DNA from: a virus | IMG/VR virus record: IMGVR_UViG_3300045988_096784 | DNA length: 64,000 nucleotides | Reading direction: 5' to 3' (one strand) | In this document: positions 40,093 through 52,474 of the stretch, piece by piece | Position numbering within the stretch: position 1 is the stretch's first letter | Layout: each line of letters begins with the position of its first letter | The notes under the pieces: model-generated | What the model saw: the letters and a program-made list of their open reading frames with translations, nothing else | The model's database searches: none | What the model was told of the DNA's origin: nothing | Made by a program: the position numbers and the translations under genes

Positions 40093-41484
40093 ATGCGTTT
40101 TGGTATTCGTGAGATTTGCGATGTAGTACTTCGTGCCAAAAGCTATCAGACTTTAGGTAATCGTAAGTTCTATAAAAATGAACCAGTTTTGTACTTTGAC
40201 ACTTTAAGAACCTCTACTCTTGAAGGTGCTGCAACAACTGTATACGCACAGGGCGGACGTGGATATACTAGATTGATTGCTTGGGAAGGTGAGCGTACTC
40301 TAACATTTACAATGGAAGATGCTTTACTTTCTCCAGAGAGCTTCTCTATTCTTTCTGGTGCAGGTCTGCTTGATGCAACAAAAGAAGCTCCAATTTACGT
40401 TCATCAAACTTCTCAGGTAGAAGTTGAAACAGCTAACACTATCGTAATTCCTGATAAAGCTTGCTGGAATGGATTTGCAGATCATGAAAATGAAATGTAT
40501 CATCGTTCTGCTGACATTTTTGTAATGGTATTAGGAGATGATGGTCAAGTTAATGCTGAACCATGCATTCCTGTTTCTGTTTCTTATACAGAGGACGGAA
40601 AATCAACTTTAACTTGTTATTCTCATGCGGGAGTGCTCCCATCTGGTACTATCGTTTTAGTTGACTATTATGTAAAGCGCACTGGTGGCGCCCAGATGAT
40701 TGAGATTACCGCTGATAAGTTTGGTGGAAACTATTATCTTGAAGCTTCTACTCTATTCCGCCGTGAGAGCGATGGCGTAGATATGCCTGCTGAATTTATT
40801 ATTCCTAACTGTAAGGTTCAGAGTAACTTCACATTCAGCATGGCTGCTAACGGTGATCCATCTACCTTTACATTCACAATGGACGCTTTCCCAGACTACA
40901 CTAAGTTTGATCAAACTCATAAAGTTCTTGCCGCTATTCAGGTAATTACTGATGAAACTGGGGAAACCGAAGGCTCTCGTGAGCCATGCTCTGAGAATGT
41001 TGGTACTTATGAGAGTGAAGCTGCTGATGTAACTGTAAATTTTGTTTCTAACAGTGCCACAGAGGCGGAACTTGATGTAACTGGTATTGTAACAGGAAAG
41101 GCTTATGATACTGAGGCTTATGGAGATACAATTCCAGAAGCCGCACAAATTAGCCTCCAAATTCCAGTAGAGAGCGATAGTACCAAGTATACTGTAGTAA
41201 CAACTAACCCAGCATATGAGAAATACTTCTCTACTGATGACTGTATTGAGGGCAATACAAAGACTCAAACCGTAGATGGCGCAGAATTGGCAGATGGCCT
41301 ATTAGTAATTCTTACTAAGGAGAGTAATACAACTCCTATTACAGCTAAGATTACTAAGATTAACGGAGACTTTGAGAAGAGTTATACTATTAATAATAAG
41401 CTCAGTTTTGCAGAAAGCACAAGCACTTATTCTGGCGCAAAAATGCGCAATAAGTTAGTCTCTGTTAGCGATGACACCATTTAA
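40093..41484 (+). CDS. major tail protein (463 aa), no TAG
   Basis: GGAGGA ribosome-binding site; biased codon usage; lies 1.5 kb upstream of chaperone and tape measure genes; strong terminator follows. Confidence 0.6.
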   Translation: MRFGIREICDVVLRAKSYQTLGNRKFYKNEPVLYFDTLRTSTLEGAATTVYAQGGRGYTRLIAWEGERTLTFTMEDALLSPESFSILSGAGLLDATKEAPIYVHQTSQVEVETANTIVIPDKACWNGFADHENEMYHRSADIFVMVLGDDGQVNAEPCIPVSVSYTEDGKSTLTCYSHAGVLPSGTIVLVDYYVKRTGGAQMIEITADKFGGNYYLEASTLFRRESDGVDMPAEFIIPNCKVQSNFTFSMAANGDPSTFTFTMDAFPDYTKFDQTHKVLAAIQVITDETGETEGSREPCSENVGTYESEAADVTVNFVSNSATEAELDVTGIVTGKAYDTEAYGDTIPEAAQISLQIPVESDSTKYTVVTTNPAYEKYFSTDDCIEGNTKTQTVDGAELADGLLVILTKESNTTPITAKITKINGDFEKSYTINNKLSFAESTSTYSGAKMRNKLVSVSDDTI

Positions 41485-41488
41485 TTTT

Positions 41489-41526
41489 AAGGGAGGACTT
41501 AATAAAGTCCTCCCTTTTTCTTTTTA
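41489..41526 (+). terminator. rho-independent terminator aagggaggacttt-aataa-agtcctcccttttt
   Basis: Perfect stem plus T run. Confidence 0.65.
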
Positions 41527-41543
41527 TAAGGAGATATAGGAGT

Positions 41544-42986
41544 ATGGATGTTAATATTTATGATTATGTATAGCGTTGGTCTTTAAATTATATTGTTTAT
41601 CATAGTAGTCATTTAAGAGAATATGGAGATGTAGAATCCGCAAATATTCTCTTTAGTGGATAGTATCAAGAGGCAATGAGTAAAATGAAGACTGCGGGAA
41701 TTGAGACTTAGATTGTATCAATTCAAGAATAGATGCGGTCTAAAGGTCCAGTTGCCGCGAGTGGGTTAAGAGTTTTGAGTGATTTATAGATTGGTACCTT
41801 ATTGGATTCTACTCTTGATTAGATCGCGGCAGGTATCAATGAAGGAATTGAATTAGCCGGTGGATAGGTAAATTTTGAGAATTATAATACTATATTACAA
41901 TAGGCTGGCAATTTTAATAATTTGTTGGCTAATGGGGCACCTGATATAAAAAGAGTTAATGATTTTTTTAGATTATTGATATAGGCTCTTATGAAAGCCA
42001 ATATGATAAATGTCAGTGTTCTTGATGCTTTAACCTAGATAGGAAGATCGCTAATTGGTACTAGTTTTTAGATAGATAATTCTTAGCAGCACTATGTTAT
42101 GTCCATTGAAGATGGGGATATCAATGTAGCGAAAGAAGTAATAGATTCGTTGAGTAGAGCGGTTTCAAGATTAAATGAAGGTGGAAGTGTAAACTCTAGA
42201 TCTTTTGCTAATACAATATCATATATTTTTAGAAAAGTTATTGGAAATTAGATTAGTCAAGCTATAGTCGCAGAAGGTATATCTATTGGAATTAATACTG
42301 CGGATAGTATATTAGATACTGCTATTAAGTAGTCTGGTGGAAAATTAAAGTGGGTTGATAGAGGATAGAATACTACTTCTGACAATGGAAGTAGAGGTGC
42401 TGTTAAAGTTTTTAATAATGATGTTTTTAATTTGTCAGTAACTAAGGGTAATCAAGTATTTAATATAGAAATTAGTGCTAATGTTAATGCAAAGTGGTAG
42501 AATAAAAAGAAATCTGCAAATAGAATTTAGGTTTTTTCAAATATGAATGTAGGGGATTATTTTTCTGGTTAGCCAGAAAAATATCTTGCTTATAATATGA
42601 TTGCTCATAGATTCACTGGATCAGATTTTGAAGAATCTTTTAATAATATTCGTGCATCGGTAGCCGCCTCATTTTTTAATGAATGGGTTTCTTCTGGCGG
42701 TCTAGCTTCTTCTAAAGGACATCTTGGTCAGTTACTTATTGTTAATGGTAAAGTTTTTTCTATTTAGCGTATTATAAATAATATTTGTGATGACATAGTT
42801 CGCAATAGCGGTCATGAAATAGTTTCTATTGGGGGAGAAAATTCTACTGGTAATAAGTGGTATGGAAATACTGGTCCAAATGTATTAGACGCTTTAACTC
42901 GTAGTAATATAGTTAATGAAGTTATAAGTAAATTAACAATTTCTGCTACATTAAACAATAATATATTGTCTAAATACGCATATTAA
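41544..42986 (+). CDS. hypothetical tail protein (480 aa) with about 22 in-frame TAG (invisible to a standard-code ORF finder)
   Basis: AAGGAG ribosome-binding site, ATG; single frame from 41544 to TAA 42984-42986 read by hand. Confidence 0.45.
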
Positions 42987-42990
42987 AAAC

Positions 42991-43019
42991 TTGACAATAG
43001 TTAATTTTTCTAGTATAAT
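42991..43019 (+). promoter_or_regulatory. internal late promoter TTGACA-17-TATAAT
   Basis: Perfect consensus hexamers 30 nt upstream of the chaperone gene. Confidence 0.55.
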
Positions 43020-43051
43020 AAAAATATAAATGAGATAAAGGAGTTTTTACA

Positions 43052-43591
43052 ATGAGTGAAATTACTTTTAAAGATTTGGGTTTGGAGCCTAAAATTAAAT
43101 ATACAGAAGTAAAAATTGGAGAAGATAAGATTTTATCTGTGGTTAATTATCTTCCGATTGCAGATAAAACAAATCTTATTACTTTTGTCGCAGATTTAGC
43201 GATAGATGAGATGACTGGGTGTTTTAGTCCGGTAAGAGTAGAAACTTATTTTGCTATTGCTATTTGCAGATGGTATGGTGGAATTGTTTTTGAGCAAGAA
43301 GATGTGCATGAAAATATTGCCAAAACTTATGATACACTAGAGACTAATGGTGTTATTGATGCAGTTAGAAGTGCTATTCCAGTAGATGAATTGTCTTTTA
43401 TTGAAGACTTAGTTAGAGATACTTTAAGCGATATAGCAAGATATAATAACTCTGCCGCAGGCATTATCCAAATGATGAATAAAAATGCTTCTGGATTAGA
43501 TACATATATTACTGATATAATGGAAAAAATTAAAAATGGTGAGAATCTTGAAACTTTATCAGTAATTAAAGATGTGGTTGGAAAAGATTAA
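43052..43591 (+). CDS. tail assembly chaperone candidate (179 aa), no TAG
   Basis: Acidic about 180-aa protein immediately upstream of the tape measure gene. Confidence 0.5.
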   Translation: MSEITFKDLGLEPKIKYTEVKIGEDKILSVVNYLPIADKTNLITFVADLAIDEMTGCFSPVRVETYFAIAICRWYGGIVFEQEDVHENIAKTYDTLETNGVIDAVRSAIPVDELSFIEDLVRDTLSDIARYNNSAAGIIQMMNKNASGLDTYITDIMEKIKNGENLETLSVIKDVVGKD

Positions 43592-43696
43592 TAAATCTAA
43601 TATAATTTACAAATTAGATAGAGAATTAAAAGGCTCTTGAGATATAATTCTCAAGAGCCTTATTTGTTTTATGGGTGATAAAGGAGGAAAAGGATT

Positions 43697-46600
43697 GTGG
43701 CTAATAATAGAAGATTAAATTATTAGATTGGGTTTGATGTTGATACTGCTGAACTTTACAGAGCAGTAAACGAGGCAGTTCAATCTTTAAATAAAATCAG
43801 TGCCGGTTCTAAAGTTACAGCAGAATTGCGACAAGCTTCTTAGTCTGCGCTAGAGTTATCTACTTATATGCATTAGGCATTTAATCAAGGGACTGGAAAG
43901 TTAGATTTAGTAGCTTTTGAAAATAGTTTAAAATCTAGCGGAAGAATTCTTAAAGATTATGCCAACTCGTTAATTTCGATTGGTACCGAGGGGCAAAAGG
44001 CTTTTTTAAATGTAGCAACAGCGATTCAAAAAGCGGAGCTTCCAGCATTGCGCACTGGCAAAATATTTGATTAGTTATGGATTACTATGAAAAATACTAT
44101 GAGATGGCAGATTACCTCCACCGCGTTAAATAGTTTTGTGGAAACCATAGAATCAGCTTATGGGTATGCACAAGATCTAAATGAATCATTAACAAATATT
44201 CGTATAGTTACTGAAAATTCTGCGGAAGACATGGCTAAATTTGCTCAATAGGCAAATGAAGCAGCAAAAGCATTAAGTACAACTACTGTTGAATATAGTG
44301 ATGCTGCTTTGATTTATTATCAATAGGGTCTTACTGAATAGGAAGTTTTAGATAGAACTGAAACTACTATTAAAATGGCTAATGCCGCAGGAATTAGTGC
44401 ATAGACCGCTTCGGATCAGCTGACCGCAGTTTGGAACAACTTCTATGATGGAAGTAAGAGTCTTGAATATTATGCTGATGTAATGGCGCGTTTAGGCGCC
44501 GATACAGCGTCTAGCTCTGATGAAATTTCAGAAGGTATCCAACAATTTGCCTCTGTAGCAGATACAGTTGGATTAAGTTACGAATATGCTGCTTCTGCTC
44601 TTGCTACTGTCACTGCTACGACACGTGAGTCTGCTAATACAGTAGGTACAGCATTTAGAACTTTATTTGCTCGTATCCAAAGCTTAAATCTTGGAGAAAC
44701 TCTCGATGATGGCACTACATTAAATAAATATTCTAAAGCTCTTGAAAAAGTGGGTATTGATATTTTTGATGTTAATGGTGAGATTAAAACTATGGATACC
44801 TTACTTGATGAAATGGGTTCAAAATGGGAGACCTTATCTAATGACTAGTAGATTGCTTTGGCTTAGACCGTAGCCGGAGTTCGCCAATATACTCGTCTTA
44901 TTGCACTTATGGATAATTGGGATTTCTTTTAGGAGAATTTAGCTAGTGCTTATGGAGCAGAGGGATCTCTTTAGGAACAGGCAGATATTTATGCTGAATC
45001 TTGGGAAGCTGCTAGAGATAGAGTAAAAGCATCTGCTGAGGATATTTATGATAGTGTCATAAATCCAGATTTGTATATAAATGCAGATAATGTCTTAACT
45101 CCATTTTTATCTGGTATTGCAGACGCCATTGATGCAATGGGAGGGTTAAATGGTATTTTAGCTAGTACCGCTTTGTTGATTAATGGGATTTATGGAAATA
45201 AGATTGCTGAATCAATGCGTTCTATGGTGGCTAATATAAAAGTTCTATCTGGATTAGAGTAGAATAGAGCGAGAAATTTGTAGGCATCAGCGGCTGAGAT
45301 AGCAACTCAATTAGGCTTAACAAACTCTATGTCTTAGGCTGAAAAAAATCTTTTTAATATTATGGTTGACTAGGCTAATATATAGGGCCAAATAAATAGT
45401 AACTACGACGCGATGGATGCTAATGGTCGTAGATTAATTTAGACAGAACAGTTAAAATTAAGTATTTTGCAAGATTAGTTAAAGACATATTCTTAGTAGT
45501 AGATTTAGTCTAGGGAAAATGTATTAAATCTTAGAGATACTATTTATTTTAATATAGGAATAAAAGATGGCTGGCAAGAAGAAGTTAAAGCAGAAATAAA
45601 TAAATTTAATAGTAGAAATAAAAGTAATCAAATTTAGTTAAATATAAGAGCTAATAGTAACCTTGATAAAATTTATAATGATGTTACTACTTAGTTAACT
45701 AGTTTAATTTAGCAATCTACAAAACTTGATACAGTGTATCAAGAATTTAAAAAACTTGAAAGCGCTGGAACTGCGACTAGAGACAGCCTTCGTAATTTAT
45801 TATCTAGTGTTACGGGCAAAGAACATAATTATGCTTAGATTGAATGGCTGACTTAGCAATTAGAGGGGTTAAAAAATTAGTCTCAAAATGCAAAATTGCA
45901 AATTCGTGAACTTGGGACTATTTTATAGACTATGGGAGCCGATCCAAGAGTAGTTACTTCTTATATTAATGAATTAACAAAATTGGAGTCTGTTACTGCA
46001 AGAACAACTGAACAAGAGGCTCGATATTAGGAATTGTTAGCGAAGTTCCCTAGTGTAATTATAAAAGCATTAATACCAACGAGAGATTGGGCTACAATAT
46101 TGGTTTAGGTTGGAAGTTCTCTTTCTAGTTTAACTATGATTATGAATGCTTTTTAGAGCATTGGAAGAATTTTTTCTGATGAAGATATGACTTCAACTGA
46201 AAGAATTGTAGCTTTGTTTACTTCTCTTGGTATGTTACTACCCTCTATTATTTCTGTTTATAAAACTTTAAATATGTTAACTACTGCTCATGCTGTTGCA
46301 GCAGCGGCGTCCGCCGCGGCAACATCAGTAGAGGCTTTAGCGACAGAATAGCTTGCTATGGCGAAGCAGAAAGCCGCTATGGCTTCCGGCATCTTAACTG
46401 CTGCAATTATGGTAGCAATAATAGCGATTACTGCAATAACAAGTGCTATAAAAGCATAGCATGAAGCAACCTTGGCTGCTGCTTAGGCCTCTATTGATGC
46501 GGCAAATGCAAAAAAAGAAGAAGCACAAGCGAATAGAGAGTTAATTCAATCTACTCAAAATGCCTTATCTACTTATCAAGAAACTGGGGATGGAAAAGAA

Positions 46601-49600
46601 GAGTTAGATGATTTAACTCGTTAGTTGGCTGAAGCGTATGATTTAGAAGGCAGTGCATTAGCTAGACTAAGTGGATAGTATGAAGATTATAATAGTGTTT
46701 TAAAAGCTGCTCAAGAAGCTCAAAGAAGAGAACTTTAGGAAACTTTGTAGTCCCAAGAAGAAGCGTTACGTGCGAATGAAACTCTCATTCTTGAAACCGC
46801 GAGAGAGGGCGTGGGCCACGTATATTTTGGTGGAAATTATGAGGGGTCTTTTACTGGTTTTAATGATTTTTGGAATGGCACCGAAGAAGATACTGCATCT
46901 AATATTCTTCTCAATAATGTGGACGCTTTATATAGTAGTTGGAATGACAATGTAATTGGCGGAAGAAGAAACTTAGCTTTTTCTATAGACCCAAATAATA
47001 CAGAAGAATTAATTAATTTTTATGATCAATTAAATAATGCTATTAATTTGATGAATAATAGCATGACTGTTTCGGAAAGAGGAGCATCTGGACTTTACAA
47101 TGCTGCTGTTGAGTGGCGAGATAAAATGGAAGAGGTTGTCACTCAATATAAAGAAACTAAAGAGAGTATAAATGCTATTCGGGTATAGCTTGGAGAGTTT
47201 AATAATTAGACTATTACCGATGATCAAGTATCAAGTTTAGCGTAGTATAAAATTTGGGTTAACGAAGTTACAGAGGCGCTCACTTCTGCTGGGTATGAAG
47301 GCGAAGAATTAAACGATATAATCAATGATTTAGTATCTACTTCTCTGAATCCTGATATTAGTGGCTTTAAAGATATTTATGACGCAATTTTAGAGGTTGA
47401 AGAATTAGTCAATGATGAAGAATTAAAAAGTAATCTTGAATCTATTTTTACAGATGAAAATTATGATACTTCTGTATTAAATTTATTAAATTGGGGTGCT
47501 TTAACATAGGAGACTTTTTAGGATGCCTATGACAGTGCTAAAAAATATACTGATGCTATTTCCGAAGTTGAAAACGCAACAGAATCTTTAACTACTGCAC
47601 AATCTGCCTTAGAAACTCTTGGAGATAGAGATTTAGATCGAGAAGGATTAGAATCACTTTCTAAAACTGTTGATTGGGGAAATCAAGAAAAAGGAATTAT
47701 TGATTTTAATTAGTTCCTTGCTATGACTTTGGTTGAACAATAGAGTTATTTATAGAGGATTATAAATGAGTCCTATTAGGCTGTCAATAATGGATTAATA
47801 GATTAGATTAGTGAAGCAAAAAAGAGAATAACTGAGCAATAGGATATTTTAAATCAATATAGCGATTCTGAATTAGAACGTGCAGAAAAAGTTGTTTATG
47901 CTTGGGAACAAGTTCGAGAAGCGTATAATGATTATCAAGGTAGCTTAAATAGCGGAGAAGAATTTAATCTTGATAATTATACGATTGATTGGGATTTGTT
48001 AGGTGAAAATTTTGATTGGGAATCTTTTAAAACCGAAACTGCGGATAACGTAGCTAGTGCATTTGAGTATGGGACAAAAGAAGCTCAAGATAAAATTGAT
48101 ACTGTAACTTTAGCAGAGTAGCTAATTAGTAGTTTATAGGATGATATAGATTCTAGCACAGCTTAGTTACAAATAAATGCAGAATTAAATTTTTAGAATC
48201 AATTAGATTAGATTGAAAATTCCGTTGATGGAATTGTAAGTGTATTCGATGCTATTTCTGATGGAGTAAGCTAGACTACCAATGAAGCTGGAGAACAAGT
48301 TTGGAGTTTTAGTAGAGAAGCAGCTAAGGCTATTGAATCTATCTATCCAGGTTTTATAGCTAACGCGGAATTATTAAGGGATGGTACATTTGCTTTAACA
48401 GATGAGATGTATCAAGCATTTTATAATAGTTCTTAGGGGCAATTAGCTGTTGATGCTGATACCAAATCTAATATGCTTCAAAATCTTATTTCTCTTTTAG
48501 AGGCTAAACGAGGAGAGGCTGAAGCTTCGCTTAAGATCGCTGATCAGCTAGCTTCTGGAGAATTAACTATAAACGAATTATCAGATGAGCAGAAGAGAAC
48601 TTTATTAGCGGGATATGTAAATGCTTAGAATCTTGCTAATGGAGAAATGTTAGATGATTAGGTCAATAGTTTAACCGCACAAGATACAAATTAGTAGACT
48701 TTATGGACTAATGTTAGCGAGTATTCTGCTTAGGGCGCGCAGAACATGAGTACTAATGTATAGTTAAATACTCAAAATGTTCTTGCTAATCTTGAAAAAA
48801 TTAGAGATGCGGCATATGCTACTGGAATTCAAGTATCTCAAATAGGAACTGATAATGTTACTAAGCAAGATTTTGATACTTCTGCTGTTTCTTTTGATAG
48901 TTCGGCTGCAACAACAATAGATACGAGTAACGCTGATGATTTCTTAAATTCTTTAACTGCAAATTTAGATGTAGAACCTGTAACCGCAGACGATTTAAAT
49001 ATTTATGGTGATGCTAGTGAGGCACTTGAAGCTAAGCAATCTTAGGCAGTTGGAGAAGCGCTAAGGGCCATTTATTAGGGGAGTATTGATGGGTATAATG
49101 AGGCTATAGCAGCAGCAAAAATAGCCTAGAGCAAATTATTAGATTCTATTGATGGAGCTATAGAAGGAGTAAAGGGAAGTTCAAGTGGCGGAGATAATGA
49201 AGGCACTAAGTATGACGAAGAAGATGAAAAGACTCTAAAGGATATTGAAGATAGATACCATGAAATAACTCGCGAAATTGAGAATTAGAACGATTTATTA
49301 GATGATATTGGAAATAATATAGATAGAGCCTATGGAGCCAATAAACTTCAAGCATACTAGAGAGAACTTCAAGAATTGGAGAAATAGCAAGCTAATTATA
49401 ACAAACTACTTAATGAAGCTGAAACTTATCTTACAAAAGACTAGGCAGATCTTCAAGGGTTGTTTAATAATTCTCTTATTTTTGATGAAAATGGAGAAAT
49501 TGAAGATTATCAAAGTGTTCTTCAATCTATAATAGATGATTATAATAATAATTTCTTGGCAGATTATAATGCTTTTTTAGTTACCTTTAGTAATCTTACT

Positions 49601-52423
49601 AAAGATGAATAGGAAGCTAGATAGGCAGAATATGATAGTTGGTAGTTACAAAAGGAAGCTGCTGATGAATTATTCCAAGCTCGTTAGGATGCTCTCGCCC
49701 AATATGAAGAAACTCTTGACAAAATTCAAGAAGTAAAGGATGAATAGGAAGAATTAGAAAGAAATATTGCAGATAATAGATTGAACTAGATTGAATATAA
49801 ACTTGAAGTTGTAATAGAAATAAAAGATGCTAAAGATGCTGTTCGTGAATTAACTAAAAAGATCGCAGAATCATTTGGTGACGAATTAACTCATGGTATT
49901 GAAATCGCTCATATTGATGAAAATAGTGTGAACGAAAATATAAAAATAATCAAGGATTATGAAGAAACACTTAAAAGTTATCAAGAAGAATTGGCTAACG
50001 CAACGGATGCGACTGATATTGATGGAATTATAAGTAAAATATCTGATTTATAGGGTAAAATAATTTCTACCGCAGAAGCTCTACTTGATTGGGTAGAGGG
50101 TCTTGAAGAAATGTTGCCAAATGCATTAGACGCTGCATCTGAAAGATTCGCTGAATTTACTGATCAACTTGATCATAATGAATCAGTTCTTGGACTTATA
50201 AAAGAATTGTATACACTTTAGGGGGTTACATATAAAACCGAAGAAGGATTTGAATAGCTCCAAAAAGTAAGCGAAGAAACAATGAAAGCTCAAATAGCAA
50301 ATGCGCAGTTAAATAAATAGTGGTACGACGGCATTAAATAGGAACTTTTAGAAGCCTAGAGTGCGTTAGATGCATTAGATGGTGATGAAACAGATCCAGC
50401 ATATGATGGTTTAAAAGCTAATCGAGATGCATTATTAGAAGAATATAATGAAGCTCAATAGGCGATGTTAAGTTCCGCGCAAGCCGCTATGGAAACTGCA
50501 CAAGAGATGTATACTTAGGCTATTGAAAGAGCCGTATACGAATTTGGATAGGCGGTTTCTGGCGGAGTTGGCTTAGATTTGCTACAAGACAAGTTCGATC
50601 ATTACATTGAGCAAGAAGATAGATATTTAGATAAAGTAAATGAAGCATATGAAGTATCTTCTTGGTATAATAAACTTCAATAGGATATTGATAAAGCCAC
50701 TAATTCTAAAATGAAAGATTAGTTGAAATAGTTACAAGAAGAAATTGATATTCGTAGAGAGAATAATACTCTATCTGAATATGATCTAGAAATTCTTGAA
50801 GCCAAGTATAATGTTCTTTAGGCCCAGATGGCTCTTGAAGATGCTCAAAATGCAAAGAATCAGCTTAGATTAGTAAGAGATAGTCAAGGTAACTGGAATT
50901 ATCAATACACCGCAGATGCGAGCTAGATAGCAGATGCGGAATAGAATTTACTTGATGCAGAGAATGAATGGTATAATATAGCTAAACAATAGGTTGAAGA
51001 TGTTACTGGAGAAATTATTTCTACTTGGCAGGAATGTCAGGATAAAATAAAAGAGATTTATTCTGATATGACCTTGACTGATGAGGAAAGATCTGCCCGC
51101 GCGCAAGAAATCTATTCTTATTATACGCAGAAAGTTAAGGATCTAGAGAACGAAAAACAGACCGCTATTTAGGATATGACCGAAGCCGGTAATAAAGCCT
51201 TAATTGATATGGCTATTGTTGCGGGAGACGAGGTAAGTGATCTAACTGGAATTACAAGTCAAGAAATTCAGGATATTATAGCTAACTCTGGCTCTAGTAT
51301 TATTGATTTGTTATTATCCGATAATGAATAGATTCAAGATATAGTTGGAAGTAATACAAAACTTATTGATTTATTTGATAATGTTTTTGCAAAAGATCTT
51401 GCTAATATGACTTCTAATGCTGGAAATTTTGAAGATTTTCTATCTAAAGCCATGGACGAAGCAAGTGAAGCAATGGAAGATTATCAAACTACTGTCTCTG
51501 GAGTGGCTGATTAGACTGGAACAAGCCTTGATGATTTAAAAGATTATATTGACGATGTTTCAACTTCTACTGATTTATGTTCTGATGCAGGATCGAAAGC
51601 TGCCACTTAGATGTTAGAATAGATAAGCACTATTCAAGATTTAAGTCAAGAATATTTAGACATGGCTGAATCAGTTAGAGAATATATAAGAGCTCTTGAG
51701 GAGGCTGCTAGAGCAGCTGGAAATACAATAGAAAGTGCTGGAGGAATAGATAAAGATGATTTACCTCCTGCTAATTCAGATCAATCTTCTGGTAATAACT
51801 CTAGCAATAGTAATAGCGGATCTTCCAGCGGAGGAGCTGGAAGTGGCAATGGAATCCCAGAAGTAGGAGACGAAGTCATTTATACTGGTGGAACTTATTA
51901 TCATGATTCTTATGGCACAGATCCAGCAGGTAGACGTGGGCCCGGCAAGAAAGTTAAAATAACTAATATAGCTAAAGGCAGACCATATCCGATTCATGTA
52001 TAGTCTAATAATTCTGCATATGGCTGGTTAAAAGAAAGTCAAATAAGCGGATTTGATACAGGGGGTTATACTGGAGAATTTGATAATGCTAAATTAGCTT
52101 TCTTACACGAAAAAGAGTTAGTTTTAAATCAAGAAGATACGAAAAATATTCTCGCGGCGGTTTCTGCTATAAGAGCTTTTGAACCTAGTTTTATAGCTTC
52201 TATAGAGAAAGCGCTTGATGGAAATGCACTATCTATTTCTAATCTTATGGCATCAAAATTAGGATCTAATACTTAGATTACTCCAGCAGATAACACAGTT
52301 GAACCGTATATAAATATTGAGCGAGTTGAGTTCCCAAATGCGACATCTTCTGATGAAATTCAAGATGCTATTCGTAGTTTAGCTGATGATGCTACTCAAT
52401 GGGCAAATAGAAGAAAGGGATAA
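43697..52423 (+). CDS. tail tape measure protein, about 2909 codons with far more than 100 in-frame TAG
   Basis: GTG after GGAGG. Fragments 44483-44848 (TMP-domain-like MARLGADTASSS...), 45071-45262, 46811-47188, 51662-52003 all share one frame, linked by TAG-only interruptions. Ends TAA 52421-52423 followed by hairpin. Confidence 0.65.
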
Positions 52424-52474
52424 TAGGGGAGATTTCCTCCCCTATTATCCCTATGAGAAAAAGGAGGATAAATA

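Noticed and set aside
40753-41268. 171-aa minus ORF
   Set aside because: Antisense to the TAG-free major tail protein gene; low-complexity translation
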